A DNA stretch of 64,000 nt from Spirochaetia bacterium (GTDB taxonomy: Bacteria > Spirochaetota > Spirochaetia > SZUA-6 > Bin103): NCBI GenBank assembly GCA_965203055.1, contig OZ241863.1:448001-512000 (forward strand). Direction: 5' to 3'. Below the pieces are notes generated by a model, which saw only the letters and a list, made by a program, of their open reading frames with translations, made no database searches and was not told the origin of the DNA. A program made the translations under genes and the position numbers. Shown piece by piece: positions 48,690 to 60,980 of this stretch (positions within the stretch are counted from its first letter, which is position 1; each line of letters opens with the position of its first letter).

Positions 48690-49790
48690 CTACTCCGGCA
48701 GCTTGTCGTCGACGCCGCGCACGTACCAGTTCATGCCCAGCAGGGTGCCGTCGTCGAGCACTTCGCCGGCAGCCGCCGCCATGGTCCCGTCCTGGCGGTA
48801 GATCGGCCCGGTGAAGGGATGGAACTCGCCGGAAGCGATCTTGCGCTCGGTTTCCTGCGCCATCGCCACCACGTCGTCGGGCAGGTTGGTGTAGGCCGCC
48901 ATCCGCACCATGCCGGGGCCGATGCCGTCCCAGGTGTCCTTGGACTCCCAGGTGCCGTCGAGGACCGCCTGGGCGCGCGCGATGTAGTAGGGCCCCCAGT
49001 CGTCCATCACCGCGGTGAGCTGGGAATCGGGCGCGAACGCCATCATGTCCGACGCCTGGCCGAAGCCGAGGATGCCATTCTCGGCCGCAATCTGCAGCGG
49101 GGCGGTGGAGTCGGTATGCTGCACCATGATGTCCGCGCCCTGGCCGATCAGCACCTTGGCGGCGTCCGCCTCCTTGCCCGGATCGAACCACGAGTTCACC
49201 CAGATGAGCTTGATCTTGAAGTCGGGGTCGATCGACTGGGCGCCGAGCATGAACGAGTTGATGCCGCGCACCACCTCCGGGATCGGAAACGAGACGATGT
49301 AGCCGGCCACGCCGGTCTGCGACATGCGCGCCGCGATCTGCCCGATCACGTAGCGGCCCTCGTAGAACCGCCCGGAGTAGGTCGAGACGTTGTCAGCGCG
49401 CTGATAGCCGGTAGCGTGTTCGAACTTCACGTCCGGGAACTGCTCCGCCACCTTGATGGTCGGCTCCATGTAGCCGAACGAGGTGGTAAAGATCAGCCCG
49501 GCGCCCTCGCGCGCGAGGCGGGTGATGGCTCGTTCGGCGTCCGGCCCCTCGGCGACGTTTTCCACGTACACGGTCTCGACCCGGTCGCCGAGCGCTTCTT
49601 CGACGTCGAGGCGGCCCCGGTCATGCTGGTAGGTCCAGCCGTGGTCGCCGATCGGGCCGACGTAGATGAAGCCGATCTTCAGGCTGGCATCGCCGCCCTC
49701 CTCTCCGGCGGGCGACGCGAACGCGGCGGCGGCCGTCAATGCCAACACCGCGGCCATTGCAATGGCGCTCTTGAGCATCTTCATATTCAT
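48690..49790 (-). CDS. BMP-family (purine/nucleoside) ABC substrate-binding protein
   Basis: IGFIYVGPIGDHGWTYQH, TTSFGYM, SFPIPEV, WFDPGKE, QHTDS. Confidence 0.93.
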   Translation of the reverse strand: MNMKMLKSAIAMAAVLALTAAAAFASPAGEEGGDASLKIGFIYVGPIGDHGWTYQHDRGRLDVEEALGDRVETVYVENVAEGPDAERAITRLAREGAGLIFTTSFGYMEPTIKVAEQFPDVKFEHATGYQRADNVSTYSGRFYEGRYVIGQIAARMSQTGVAGYIVSFPIPEVVRGINSFMLGAQSIDPDFKIKLIWVNSWFDPGKEADAAKVLIGQGADIMVQHTDSTAPLQIAAENGILGFGQASDMMAFAPDSQLTAVMDDWGPYYIARAQAVLDGTWESKDTWDGIGPGMVRMAAYTNLPDDVVAMAQETERKIASGEFHPFTGPIYRQDGTMAAAAGEVLDDGTLLGMNWYVRGVDDKLPE

Positions 49791-49838
49791 GGGATTCATT
49801 CCTCGATGAACGGGGATTTCGGCAGGAACGGCCCCGGC

Positions 49839-50759
49839 TCAGCGGTCGGGCACGAACTGCTGGCCTATACAAGCAGGTGTGTTGACTTTCGTCAAGAGCC
49901 GGTTGCCGGACACCAGCACCAGGGCCGCAATGGTGGCCAGATAGGGCAGCGCTCCCAACAGTTGCGACGGGACGCCGATTCCCACCCCCTGCGCGTACAG
50001 GCCCATGATCCACACCGTCCCGAACAGATAGGCGCCGATTGCCACCCGCCGCGGCGCCCAGGTGGAGAACACCACCAGCGCCAGCGCGATCCAGCCGCGC
50101 CCGGCGGTCATGTTCTCGATCCATTGCGGGGTGTAGACCAGCGACAGATAGCCGCCGGCAAGACCGGCGCAGGCGCCGCCGAACAGGATGCAGGCGTAGC
50201 GCACCCGGATCACGGGGTAGCCGAGCGCGTGCGCGGAGTGATGGTTGCCGCCGATTGCCCGGATCACCAGCCCCAGGCGGGTGCGCGCCAGGGTCCAGGC
50301 GACCAGCACGGTGAGGGCCACCGAAACGTACACCAGCGGATCCTGGCCGAACACCACCGGCCCGATCAGCGGGAGGTCGCTGAGCAGCGGCACCCGGACG
50401 GCCTGCAGCTTCACCCCGGGCAGCCCGGTGAAGTTCTCGCCGATCAGCCCGGCAAGGCCGAGCCCGAACAGCGTCAGCGCCAGCCCGGTGGCGACCTGAT
50501 TGGTCACCAGCGTCTGGGTCAGGTACGCGAACAGCAGCGCCACCGCGATGCCGGTGACGACCGAGGTGGCCACCCCCACCAGCGCCGAGCCGGTCAGGTA
50601 GGCGGCCGCGAAGCCGCTTACCGTGCCCATGATCATCATCCCTTCCACGCCCAGGTTGAGCACCCCCGAGCGTTCCACCACCAGCTCGCCGATGGCGGCC
50701 AGCAGCAGCGGCGTCGACGCGGTGACGATCGTCAGCAGAACCGATTGCAACTCGATCAT
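49839..50759 (-). CDS. Nucleoside/purine ABC permease
   Basis: ERSGVLNLGVEGMM, TAGRGWIALALVVF. Confidence 0.92.
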   Translation of the reverse strand: MIELQSVLLTIVTASTPLLLAAIGELVVERSGVLNLGVEGMMIMGTVSGFAAAYLTGSALVGVATSVVTGIAVALLFAYLTQTLVTNQVATGLALTLFGLGLAGLIGENFTGLPGVKLQAVRVPLLSDLPLIGPVVFGQDPLVYVSVALTVLVAWTLARTRLGLVIRAIGGNHHSAHALGYPVIRVRYACILFGGACAGLAGGYLSLVYTPQWIENMTAGRGWIALALVVFSTWAPRRVAIGAYLFGTVWIMGLYAQGVGIGVPSQLLGALPYLATIAALVLVSGNRLLTKVNTPACIGQQFVPDR

Positions 50760-51819
50760 TCGATCACCTTCCGGCGCAGCTTCAGCCGGTAGCGGATCAG
50801 GGTGTCGCAGGCCAGGATGAAGAACAGCAGCGTGCCCTGGAACACCTGGGCGGTCTTGGCGGACAGCCCGAGCGTGATCTGCGCGCCTTCGCCGCCGAGA
50901 TAGCTGATCGCCAGAATGATGCCCGCGAGCACGACCCCGAGCGGGTTCAGCCGGCCCAGGAACGCCACGATGATCGCGGTGAAGCCGTACCCCGGCGAGA
51001 TCGACGGCTGCAGTTGGCCGATCGGCCCGGCAATCTCGCCGATACCGGCCAGTCCCGCCAGGCCGCCGGACAGCAGCAGGCAGAACCACACCGTACGCGG
51101 CCGCGCGAAGCCGCCGAAGCCGCCGGCGCGCGGCGCGTCGCCCGACACCTGGATCTCGAAGCCCTTCAGGGTGCGCGCCAGGAACAGGAACAGCACGCCG
51201 GCGGCCAGCACCGCGAACAGCCCGCCCAGGTGCACGCGGCCGTAGCCGAGCGACGGCAGGAGCTGAAACTCCTGCAGCTCGACCGATTCCGGGAAGTTGA
51301 ACCCGCCGGGGTCGCGCCAGGGGCCGCGCACCAGCCAATCCAGCAGTAGCTGCGCCACGTAGACGAGCATCAGGCTGGTAAGTATCTCGTTCGCCCCGAA
51401 GCGATTGCGGAGCAGGGCGGGAACCGCCGCCCAGAGCATGCCGCCGCCGACGCCCAGCGCCAGCATCAGCGGCAGCGCCAGCGGCGATTCCCAGTAGGTC
51501 GCCAGGATCGGGACCGCGGCGCCGGCCAGGGCGCCCGCGGTGAGCTGCCCCTCGGCGCCGATGTTCCAGACGTTGGCGCGGAAGCAGACCGCCAGACCGG
51601 CGCCGATCAGGACCAGCGGCGTGGCCTTGACGATCAGCTCTTCGATCGACCACAGCGTGGTGACCGGCTCGATGAAGTAGACGTACAGCGCCGGCAGCGG
51701 CGGCAGCCCGCGCGCCGCGAACAGGATGCCGCCCACCACCACGGTGAGCAGCATGGCCAGCACCGGCGACAGCACCACCATCGCCCGGCTGGGATGCGCC
51801 CGCTGCTCGAATTGCAGCG

Positions 51820-51823
<4 letters not shown>
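50756..51823 (-). CDS. Nucleoside/purine ABC permease
   Basis: NIGAEGQ, NEILTSLML, GYGFTAIIVAFLGRLNP. Confidence 0.92.
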
Positions 51824-53351
<1,528 letters not shown>

Positions 53352-53355
<4 letters not shown>

Positions 53356-54110
53356 CCTTCTCCCCCGGGCCGGCCGCGCTGCCAGGCGCGCTGCGCCGCG
53401 GCGTAGGCATCCGGGCTGCCAACGTCGTAGCAGGCGCCGTCGGCGAGGTAGCCGTAGACCGCGGTCCGCTCCGTCAGCCAGCCCAGGAAGTGGCCGGGGG
53501 CGTCCGGGTTGCCCCCGGCCTGCAGGTACTCGCGCACCAGCGGCTGCGCCGCCGGCGGCAGCACGTACAGCGCCAGGCTGGCGAGCCGCGACTTCGGGCG
53601 CCGCGGCTTCTCCTCGAAGTCGACGATGCGTCCCGCGGCGTCGAGCAGCACGCAGCCGTGGCGGCCGGCAAGGTGGCCGCGGCTCGGCGCCCGCAGGCAC
53701 ACGTTGACCGCGGCCGCCTGCCGCCGCGCGAACTGCAGCGGCCCGGTCAGCTCGAAGGCGAGCAGCTTGTCGGTGGCGGCCACCAGGATGGCCGTTTGGC
53801 GGCCGAGCCGCTCGAGGGCGAACTGCAGGTCGCCGACCGCCCCGTAGCGTTGCTCCTCGGTCCGGGTCCGGTCGCTGATCAGACTGGTGCGGAGGGCCGG
53901 CGGCTGCGCCTCCAGGTAGCGCTGCAGCGCCGGGTAGAAGCGGTCGTTGGTGACGATGGTGACCGTTTCGACGAGAGCGGAGCGGGCGAGGTTGTCGAGC
54001 AGGTGGGCGAGGATGGGGCGGCCGCCGATCTCGATCAGCGCCTTCGGCGTATCGGGGAACAGCGCGCGCATCCGAGTGCCATGGCCGGCGGCAAGGAGGA
54101 CGGCATTCAA
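53352..54110 (-). CDS. Sugar-phosphate nucleotidyltransferase
   Basis: LLAAGHGTRM..PKAL, FEEKP, DAPG, YDVGS; TTG start overlaps the kinase stop. Confidence 0.88.
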
Positions 54111-55264
54111 GGCGGTGCGGCGGCGGGCAGCGGCGCAGGCCGGGCGCTTGGCGCCGCGGCGGCGCCGTTGAGGAGGACCTTGGCGCCGGGCTCTGCCGGC
54201 CGCGGCCTGGCCGCCGGCGCCACCCGCACCGGCACCACGTTGAATCCCTCGGCCGCGTAGGCCTGCGCGATGCGCCGCAGGTGCGGCCGGTCCTCATAGG
54301 TGCCGATCGCGGCGCCTCCCGAGCCGGTGAACTTGGCGTGCGCCCCCTGCTCGCGGGCGATGTCGATCATGCGGGTCTGCTCCGGCGGCAGATCGTACAC
54401 CGCGCGCCGCAGCTCGAAGTCGCGGTCCATGATCGGCCCGAGCCGTTCGCGCCGCCCCTGCCGCAGCGCGGCGAGCGCCTCGTCTACCAGCGCGGCCTTG
54501 CCGGCCATCGCCTCGGCCACCGCCGGGTCGTGCTGCACCTCGGCGCGGTAGCGCATCACGTTGTGGATGGCGCCCGAAGACTTGGACAGCCGTTCATGGT
54601 AGGCCACGAACAGCGGCGGCAGGAGGTCCGCCGGCAGCGGCCGGTAATTCCCGTGGCGGCCGCCATTGTCGGCGTAGGCGGCGGGGGAGAAGTCCATCGC
54701 CACCACCCCCCCGTAGACGGCCGCCACGCGGTCCTGCAGCCCGGCGCTGATCCGCAGCTCCAGGGTTTCGGCCTCCAGGATGACGTTGGGCTGCTCGGCG
54801 CGCGGAATGTCCGCCTCGGTGACCTCGTAGAACTGCAGCAGCGCGTTGAACACCGCGGTAACGATCGCCGACGAGCCGCCCAGACCCACTCCGAAGGGGA
54901 TATCCGATTGGTACTCGATGGTGCAGTTGCGCCGCGGCAGGGCAATGCCCCGTTGGCGGCAACTGTGGTGGAAGCGCACCAGGGTGGCTTCGATCAGACG
55001 TACGCCCCCGTAGTAGCCATACTGGCGCCGGTAGCGCGCCAGCGCCGCCATGTCGGCGAAGCTGGCGGCGTCGCGCGCGGTCGGCACCACCGTCAGGCGC
55101 GCCGACTCGTACAACGAGACGCGGGCGGCAAACGCATCGAACAGCAGCGCGATCACCTTGCCGCCGAACAGGTCGGAAGGGTTGCCCACGAGTCCGGACC
55201 GGGCGTAGGTGGTGCGCCGGATCACCTCGGTCGGGTAGGTGTGCGGCGGCGGCAGGTGGTTCAT
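54107..55264 (-). CDS. GHMP kinase, glucuronokinase-like
   Basis: YARSGLVGNPSD, GYYGGVRL, IPFGVGLGGSSA, AGLQDR, KFTGSGGA. Confidence 0.8.
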   Translation of the reverse strand: MNHLPPPHTYPTEVIRRTTYARSGLVGNPSDLFGGKVIALLFDAFAARVSLYESARLTVVPTARDAASFADMAALARYRRQYGYYGGVRLIEATLVRFHHSCRQRGIALPRRNCTIEYQSDIPFGVGLGGSSAIVTAVFNALLQFYEVTEADIPRAEQPNVILEAETLELRISAGLQDRVAAVYGGVVAMDFSPAAYADNGGRHGNYRPLPADLLPPLFVAYHERLSKSSGAIHNVMRYRAEVQHDPAVAEAMAGKAALVDEALAALRQGRRERLGPIMDRDFELRRAVYDLPPEQTRMIDIAREQGAHAKFTGSGGAAIGTYEDRPHLRRIAQAYAAEGFNVVPVRVAPAARPRPAEPGAKVLLNGAAAAPSARPAPLPAAAPP

Positions 55265-55344
55265 GGCGTCAACTTCCAGCGTGCGGCCGCCAGCGTCCCA
55301 GTCTTCTGGCACGCGGGGAATTCAACGCAATCGAAGCGTGTTCG

Positions 55345-56325
55345 TCAAGGCACCGGCGCGCCGCGGCTCGCGTTGAACAGCCGATACCACTCGCCGCGCG
55401 TCAGTTCGAGGTCGATGCCCTGCGCCGCGGCGTGAATCTCAGGCCCGGTTCTGCCTCCCAGAATCGGTTGGATCCCGGCCGGATGGCGGAGGATCCAGGC
55501 GATGGCGACCGCCGCGGGGTGCGCGCCGCGGCGCCGGGCGACCGCCTGCAGTTCGCGGCGCGCCGCGCGCAGCCGGGAGTCCGCCCCGGCGGCGTCGTCC
55601 CGGACCAGCTTGCCGGCGCCGAGCGGCGCCCAGGCCTGCACGGTAATGCCGGTTCGCATGCAGTATGCCAGCGTGCCGCGGCCGCGCACCGGCCGGTCCG
55701 GGCGCGCGTCGTTCACCACGATGGCATCGTCCAGCAGGTCGGGATGGGCCAGACTCACCTGGAGCTGGTTCACCAGCAACGGGTGATCCAACGCCGCCGC
55801 GAGCAGCTCGATCTGCTCCGGCGCGTAGTTGCTGACGCCGAAGCAGCGCACCTCGCCGGCGGCGTGCAGCCGGTCGAACGCCGCGGCCACCTCCTCCGGT
55901 TGCATCAGCGCGTCGGGCCGATGCAATACCAGGAGATCGAGATACTCGACCGCCAGCCGTTCGAGGCTGCCGCGCGCCGCGGCGAGGATGTGCGCGCAGC
56001 TCGAGTCGTAGCAGGTGCGCGCGCGGGAAGGGTCGGCGGCGGAGCGTACCACCCCGCACTTGGTCTGCACGACGACTCGGGAGCGCAGCGACGGGTCGAT
56101 CTCCCAGATGGTCGAGAATGCCTGTTCCGCCCTGCCGAAGGCATAGATGTCGGCCAGATCGAAGTGATCGATCCCGGCCGCCAGCGCCGCCTCCAGCACG
56201 CTGCGGGCCTGCTGCCGCCGGCCGGCGGTCAACTCGCCGCTGTCCCACGGCCCCGCGAGCGCCGCGCAGCCGTAGGCCAGCCGGCTCACCTGCGGGCCGT
56301 CGCGGCCCAACCGGAACTGTTTCAT
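55345..56325 (-). CDS. Aldo/keto reductase (YdhF-like)
   Basis: FDLADIY, QTKCG, LLVLHRPD, FGVSN, QAWAPLG, AWILRHP. Confidence 0.92.
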   Translation of the reverse strand: MKQFRLGRDGPQVSRLAYGCAALAGPWDSGELTAGRRQQARSVLEAALAAGIDHFDLADIYAFGRAEQAFSTIWEIDPSLRSRVVVQTKCGVVRSAADPSRARTCYDSSCAHILAAARGSLERLAVEYLDLLVLHRPDALMQPEEVAAAFDRLHAAGEVRCFGVSNYAPEQIELLAAALDHPLLVNQLQVSLAHPDLLDDAIVVNDARPDRPVRGRGTLAYCMRTGITVQAWAPLGAGKLVRDDAAGADSRLRAARRELQAVARRRGAHPAAVAIAWILRHPAGIQPILGGRTGPEIHAAAQGIDLELTRGEWYRLFNASRGAPVP

Positions 56326-56364
56326 CGCGCTCCCCTCAACGTATCCCGAACCGGACTGCGGCGC

Positions 56365-57186
56365 TCAGCGCTGGCAGCGCGGACAATAATAGGTGCTGCG
56401 CTGGCCGGCGCGCACCAACCTCACGGCGTTGCCGCAGCCCGGGCACGGCTCCCCGGCGCGCCCATAGACCGCAAGCCGGGCGCTGAAGTATCCGGGGCGG
56501 CCGCCGGCGTCGCGGAAGTCGCGCAGGGTGGTGCCGCCGGCCACGATCGCGGCTTCGAGGACTGCGCGCACCGCCGCCACCAGAGCGGCGTAGCGGCGGC
56601 GGGAGATATTGCCGGCGGCGCGCAACGGATGGATGCCGGCGTGGAACAACGCCTCGTTGGCGTAGATGTTGCCAACGCCGCACACGATACGGGAATCCAT
56701 CAACAGCGTCTTGACGGCGCTGTGGCGGCGGCGGGCGCGGGCGTAGAGATAGTCAGCGGTCAGCTCGGGGCCGAGCGGCTCGGGGCCCAGCTTGCGCAGC
56801 AGCGGATGGAGGGAGCGGCCGGCGGCGGGGTGCCAGAGGCAGGCGCCGAAGCGGCGCGGGTCGGTAAAGCGCAGCGCGTGGCCGTCGTCCAGGACGAGAT
56901 CCAGGTGATCGTGCCTGGCGACCGGGGTCGGCGCCGGAATCAGGCGCAGGGTTCCCGACATCCCCAGGTGCAGCAACACCGTACCGGGCGGCGCCGTTTG
57001 CAGCAGCAGGTACTTGGCGCGCCGCGCCACCTCGCGGATGGTGCGGCCGGGCAGCGCGGCGTCCAGCTCCGGCGGCACCGGCCAGCGCAGTTGGCGCTGG
57101 CGCACCACCACCGACCGTACCCGGCGCCCGATCAGGTGCGGCCTGATGCCGCGCCGGGTGGTCTCCACTTCCGGCAGCTCAGGCAT
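56365..57186 (-). CDS. mutM: Formamidopyrimidine-DNA glycosylase
   Basis: MPELPEVE, HLGMSG, DPRRFG, GVGNIYANE, C-terminal CPGC..CPRCQ zinc finger. Confidence 0.98.
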   Translation of the reverse strand: MPELPEVETTRRGIRPHLIGRRVRSVVVRQRQLRWPVPPELDAALPGRTIREVARRAKYLLLQTAPPGTVLLHLGMSGTLRLIPAPTPVARHDHLDLVLDDGHALRFTDPRRFGACLWHPAAGRSLHPLLRKLGPEPLGPELTADYLYARARRRHSAVKTLLMDSRIVCGVGNIYANEALFHAGIHPLRAAGNISRRRYAALVAAVRAVLEAAIVAGGTTLRDFRDAGGRPGYFSARLAVYGRAGEPCPGCGNAVRLVRAGQRSTYYCPRCQR

Positions 57187-57303
57187 GCCGCTCCGCAACC
57201 GCCACGGGCGCGCACCATGCCACGGGCGGACGCGGCTGGCAAACGCGGCCCGCGGCGGGGGCGCGGGCGGACGGGGCCGCGGTATGCTACGCTCGTTCGG
57301 GAG

Positions 57304-58068
57304 ATGGAGAACCGACTGCAACTCACTGCGCGGCGCCGGGAGCTGGCGTTGGACGGGCGCGGCTACCGCGGCTGGCGGCTGCGCGAAGAACCGCTCGCAC
57401 TGGCGCCGGAGCGCACGGCGCTGCTGCTGTGCGACGTCTGGGATCATCACTGGTGCCGCGGCGCGGAGGAACGCCTGGAATTGCTGCTGCCGCAGATCGA
57501 CGCCGCGGCTCGGGCGGCGCGCGGCCTGGGCATGCTGGTGGTGCACGCTCCGTCGGACACCATGCCATGGTACGCGGATCATCCGGCCCGGGCGCGGGTG
57601 CTGCGGGCGCCGCCGGTAGCGGCGCCCGCGGAACGGCCGCACCCGGATCCGCCGCCCCCGATTGACGGCAGCGACTCCTCCGACACCAGCGGCGATCCGG
57701 CCGCGGGCGGTACCCGCCGCTGGACCCGCCAGCATGCGGGAGTGTGGATCGATCCCGAGCGCGACGCCATCAGCGATGACGGGCGCGAGCTGCTGGCCTG
57801 CTATCGGCAACGCGGCATCGAGACCGTGCTGTTGGCCGGGGTCCACACCAACATGTGCGTGCTCGACCGCAGCTTCGCCATCAAGCAGATGGTGCGCTGG
57901 GGGGTGCCCATCTATCTGGTGCGCGACTTGACCGACTGCATGTACAACCCGGCGCGGCCGCCCTACGTCAGTCATGCCGCGGGGCTGGAGTTGGCGGTGA
58001 GCTACGTCGAGCAGTTCTGGTGTCCGAGCGTGACCGGCGCGGAGCTGAGGCGCTGCGCGGGACAGTAG
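57304..58068 (+). CDS. Isochorismatase / cysteine-hydrolase family protein
   Basis: ALLLCDVWDHHWC, VVHAPS, AGVHTNMCVL, VRDLTD. Confidence 0.85.
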   Translation: MENRLQLTARRRELALDGRGYRGWRLREEPLALAPERTALLLCDVWDHHWCRGAEERLELLLPQIDAAARAARGLGMLVVHAPSDTMPWYADHPARARVLRAPPVAAPAERPHPDPPPPIDGSDSSDTSGDPAAGGTRRWTRQHAGVWIDPERDAISDDGRELLACYRQRGIETVLLAGVHTNMCVLDRSFAIKQMVRWGVPIYLVRDLTDCMYNPARPPYVSHAAGLELAVSYVEQFWCPSVTGAELRRCAGQ

Positions 58069-58101
58069 CCGCGGCCTAAGCCGGTGCGGTACCTTTTGCC
58101 C

Positions 58102-58434
58102 ATGGATGAGCAGCGACAACTGGCGCCCGCGCTCCCCAGCGCCCTGTTCCTGGCCGGCAGCGGCGTGGCGGTGCTGTTGGCCAACGGCATCTTGTTGAAT
58201 CCGGTATCGCGCACCATTCTGGCCGCCGTGGCCGTGGGGTGGGGATTGTGGACCGTCCTTACCCGGCCGCACCTGCGCCGCGCGGGATGGTCCGCCGTCG
58301 CGGGCGGCGGCATCATGCTGCTGTTCGGTTCCGTGCTGCAGGGTCTGGTCAGCGTGGGCGGGGTACTCCTGATCGCCGCCGGCGGCGTCTCCTTCCTCAG
58401 CGGTTTGTTCCGCCGCGGCCTGCGCCCGCGCTGA
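58102..58434 (+). CDS. Small multi-pass membrane protein
   Basis: Four hydrophobic segments; fills the gap downstream of the hydrolase. Confidence 0.6.
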   Translation: MDEQRQLAPALPSALFLAGSGVAVLLANGILLNPVSRTILAAVAVGWGLWTVLTRPHLRRAGWSAVAGGGIMLLFGSVLQGLVSVGGVLLIAAGGVSFLSGLFRRGLRPR

Positions 58435-58462
58435 AGCCGGCGGGCGGTTCGTCAGCGGCTGA

Positions 58463-58849
58463 TCAGGGAGCCAATGCAAACGGCCACTCCGGGGTGGCCA
58501 ACAGCATCAGCGTGGTGCCCGCCAGCGCCATGTTGCGCATGAAGTTGAACCTCTCCTGGTGCCATACCCGCGCGTCGTCCTGCGGCGCCGGCCGGTGCAC
58601 CACCAGGGCGGCCAGGAGCAGGAACGCCGCCACCACCATCACGCCCGCGCGCGGGTAAAACCCGAGGCCGATGGAGAGCGCGCCCCCGATCAGCGCCAAG
58701 CCGGTCAGCGGCACCGCCAGGAACGGCAGCGGCACCTTCCGCGAAGCGGCGTAGTCGATCAGCGCCGGCAGTTGCGTGAAGTGGCTGATCCCCAGCAGCA
58801 GGTACATCAGCGCGGCCATGAGCCGGCCAATGACGAACAGAACCTCCAA
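58463..58849 (-). CDS. DoxX family membrane protein
   Basis: AGGAGGAG RBS and TTG; IGRL..H, FMRNMALAG. Confidence 0.85.
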   Translation of the reverse strand: MEVLFVIGRLMAALMYLLLGISHFTQLPALIDYAASRKVPLPFLAVPLTGLALIGGALSIGLGFYPRAGVMVVAAFLLLAALVVHRPAPQDDARVWHQERFNFMRNMALAGTTLMLLATPEWPFALAP

Positions 58850-58946
58850 TACTCCTCCTTAAGGTACCGCCAAGGATAGCACGAACGCGCACGCGGTTCG
58901 CTGCGCTCGGCTTGATCGGGAGCGGGATTATCGCTACGGTGGCATC

Positions 58947-59993
58947 ATGATCAGAGCAGGAATCATTGGCCTCGGCGGCATTGCGCGTTCCCATGCTGCC
59001 GCCATCGCGGAGCTGGACAACGTGGAGATCGCGGCCGTCGCCGATCTGTTCGCCGACAAGCGGGCGCAGTTCATGGAGCAATGGGGGGTCGCCAAGGGGT
59101 ACGCCACCCATACCGAGTTGCTGCAGGACCCCGCCGTCGACGCGGTGGCCATCACTCTGGGGCATCAACTCCATCACCGCCTGACGGTGGACGCCTGCAA
59201 CGCCGGCAAGCACGTGCTGGTGGAAAAGCCGATGGCGCTCAGTCTGGAGCAGTGCGACGCCATGATCGACGCCGCCGACGCCAACCGGGTCAAGCTGATG
59301 GTGGGTCACACCCAGCATTTCTACGGCACCAGCCTCAAAGCCAAGGAGCTCCTCGATTCCGGGCGCCTGGGGCCGCTGATGTCCGTGGTGTGCTACATGT
59401 CCAAGAACTGGGGCTACCGGGGCCGGCGCCCGCAGTACCGCAGCCGCTACCACGGCGGCGGCATGTGGTTGTCCAACGGCGTGCACGTGGTGGACCGCCT
59501 GATGTGGCTGCTCGGCTCCCAGGCGGTGGCGGTGAGCGCGGTACTGGGAACCCGCGCCCACTATCAGGCTTCCGAAGACACCGCCACCGCTCTGGTGCGC
59601 TGCAAGAACGGCCTGGCCGGCGTGGCGGTGGCCTGCGGCTACGCCGACGGCGGGCCGTCGTTCGAGAGTCACGTGATCGGCGCCCACGGCTCCCTCAAGT
59701 TCAGCCAGCACGGCGAGAAGTTCGTCAAGCTCGGCCACGGCGAGCAGTGGGAGGACGTTCCCTTCGACGATCCGCCGGCCGAGTTCTTCCACGAATGGCA
59801 GGCGTTCGCGGCCGCCATCGAACAGGATATCGAGCCGCCTTCCGACGGGATGTGGGGCCGCCAGGTCATGGAGATACTGCTTGCCGCCGAGCAGTCCTCC
59901 ATCAGCAACCGGGAGGTGGTGCTGGAAAGCGGACTGAGCTGGATCAACCAGCGCACCGGATCGCCCATCACCATCGAACATGGCTGGCACTGA
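58947..59993 (+). CDS. Gfo/Idh/MocA oxidoreductase
   Basis: IGLGGIA, GKHVLVEKPM, GGGMW..NGVHVVD. Confidence 0.92.
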   Translation: MIRAGIIGLGGIARSHAAAIAELDNVEIAAVADLFADKRAQFMEQWGVAKGYATHTELLQDPAVDAVAITLGHQLHHRLTVDACNAGKHVLVEKPMALSLEQCDAMIDAADANRVKLMVGHTQHFYGTSLKAKELLDSGRLGPLMSVVCYMSKNWGYRGRRPQYRSRYHGGGMWLSNGVHVVDRLMWLLGSQAVAVSAVLGTRAHYQASEDTATALVRCKNGLAGVAVACGYADGGPSFESHVIGAHGSLKFSQHGEKFVKLGHGEQWEDVPFDDPPAEFFHEWQAFAAAIEQDIEPPSDGMWGRQVMEILLAAEQSSISNREVVLESGLSWINQRTGSPITIEHGWH

Positions 59994-60017
59994 GCCGGCG
60001 CGCGGGAGCCGCAGGCC

Positions 60018-60980
60018 GTGAATCGCTACCTGCTGGTGGGGGCGGAATCCGCGGCCCGCTATGCCGATGCCCTGCCCCGGCTGCCGCAGGCGCGCATCGC
60101 CGCGGTGGCCGACGCGGATGAAGCCGGGCGCCGCCGCGCCGCCGAGCTGGCCGGCGCCGGGCGCCACGCCGCCGGGCCTGAGGAGCTGCTGGCCGGCGGC
60201 GCGGCGTGCGACGGCATGCTGGTGCACGGCGCGCCCGCCGCCCGCCTGGACCACGCCCGCACCGCGCTGCGGTACGGCAAGCCGGTGCTGCTGGAGCTGC
60301 CGGTCCGGTCCGGCGCCGAGCAGGTGGCCCTCCTGGCGGAGGAGTTCCGGGCCGCCGGGGTGGCGCTGATGGTGAGCGGCACGCTGCGCTATCAGCCGGC
60401 GCAGCAGGTGCTGAAGCAGCGCCTCGAGGCCGGCGTTCTCGGCACCTTGGGGCTGCTGCGCGCCCACCTCTGGCGCGGCCGCGGCGCTGTGGCGGCGCCG
60501 GACCTGTCCCCGGCGGAGCGCTGCCGGGTACTGAGCGTGCCCTGTCTCGATCTGGCCAACTGGCTGTTCGCGGCGCTGCCTGAGTCGGTCTACGCCCGCG
60601 CCGCGGCGCCGGGCTACTTGCAGATCCATCTCGGCTTCCGGGACGGAGGAATGGCCCTGATCGACCTCAGCGACGACCTGCCGCCGGGGGACGGATACCG
60701 TTCGGTGACAGTGATCGGCTCCGCCGGAGCCGGCTATGCCGACGACCATCACAATCGCAACCTGCTGTTCGGCGGCGGCAACGCCGCGGCCCGGGCTCCG
60801 GGCGAAGGCCACCTGGACCTGGCGGCGGAGCTGGAGGAGTTCGCCGCCGCCGGCGCCGGCCGGCGCGCGCCCGCGGTGACCGGCGCGGAGGCCGCCGCCG
60901 CCCTGCAGGTGGCCGCCGCGGCCGCCGCCTCCGCCGCGAGCGGCGCCGCGCTGCAGCGGAACGGAGACCACTATGGGTGA
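60018..60980 (+). CDS. Degenerate Gfo/Idh/MocA-like protein
   Basis: GKPVLLELP in place of EKP; LDLANWLF; overall fold pattern. Confidence 0.75.
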   Translation: MNRYLLVGAESAARYADALPRLPQARIAAVADADEAGRRRAAELAGAGRHAAGPEELLAGGAACDGMLVHGAPAARLDHARTALRYGKPVLLELPVRSGAEQVALLAEEFRAAGVALMVSGTLRYQPAQQVLKQRLEAGVLGTLGLLRAHLWRGRGAVAAPDLSPAERCRVLSVPCLDLANWLFAALPESVYARAAAPGYLQIHLGFRDGGMALIDLSDDLPPGDGYRSVTVIGSAGAGYADDHHNRNLLFGGGNAAARAPGEGHLDLAAELEEFAAAGAGRRAPAVTGAEAAAALQVAAAAAASAASGAALQRNGDHYG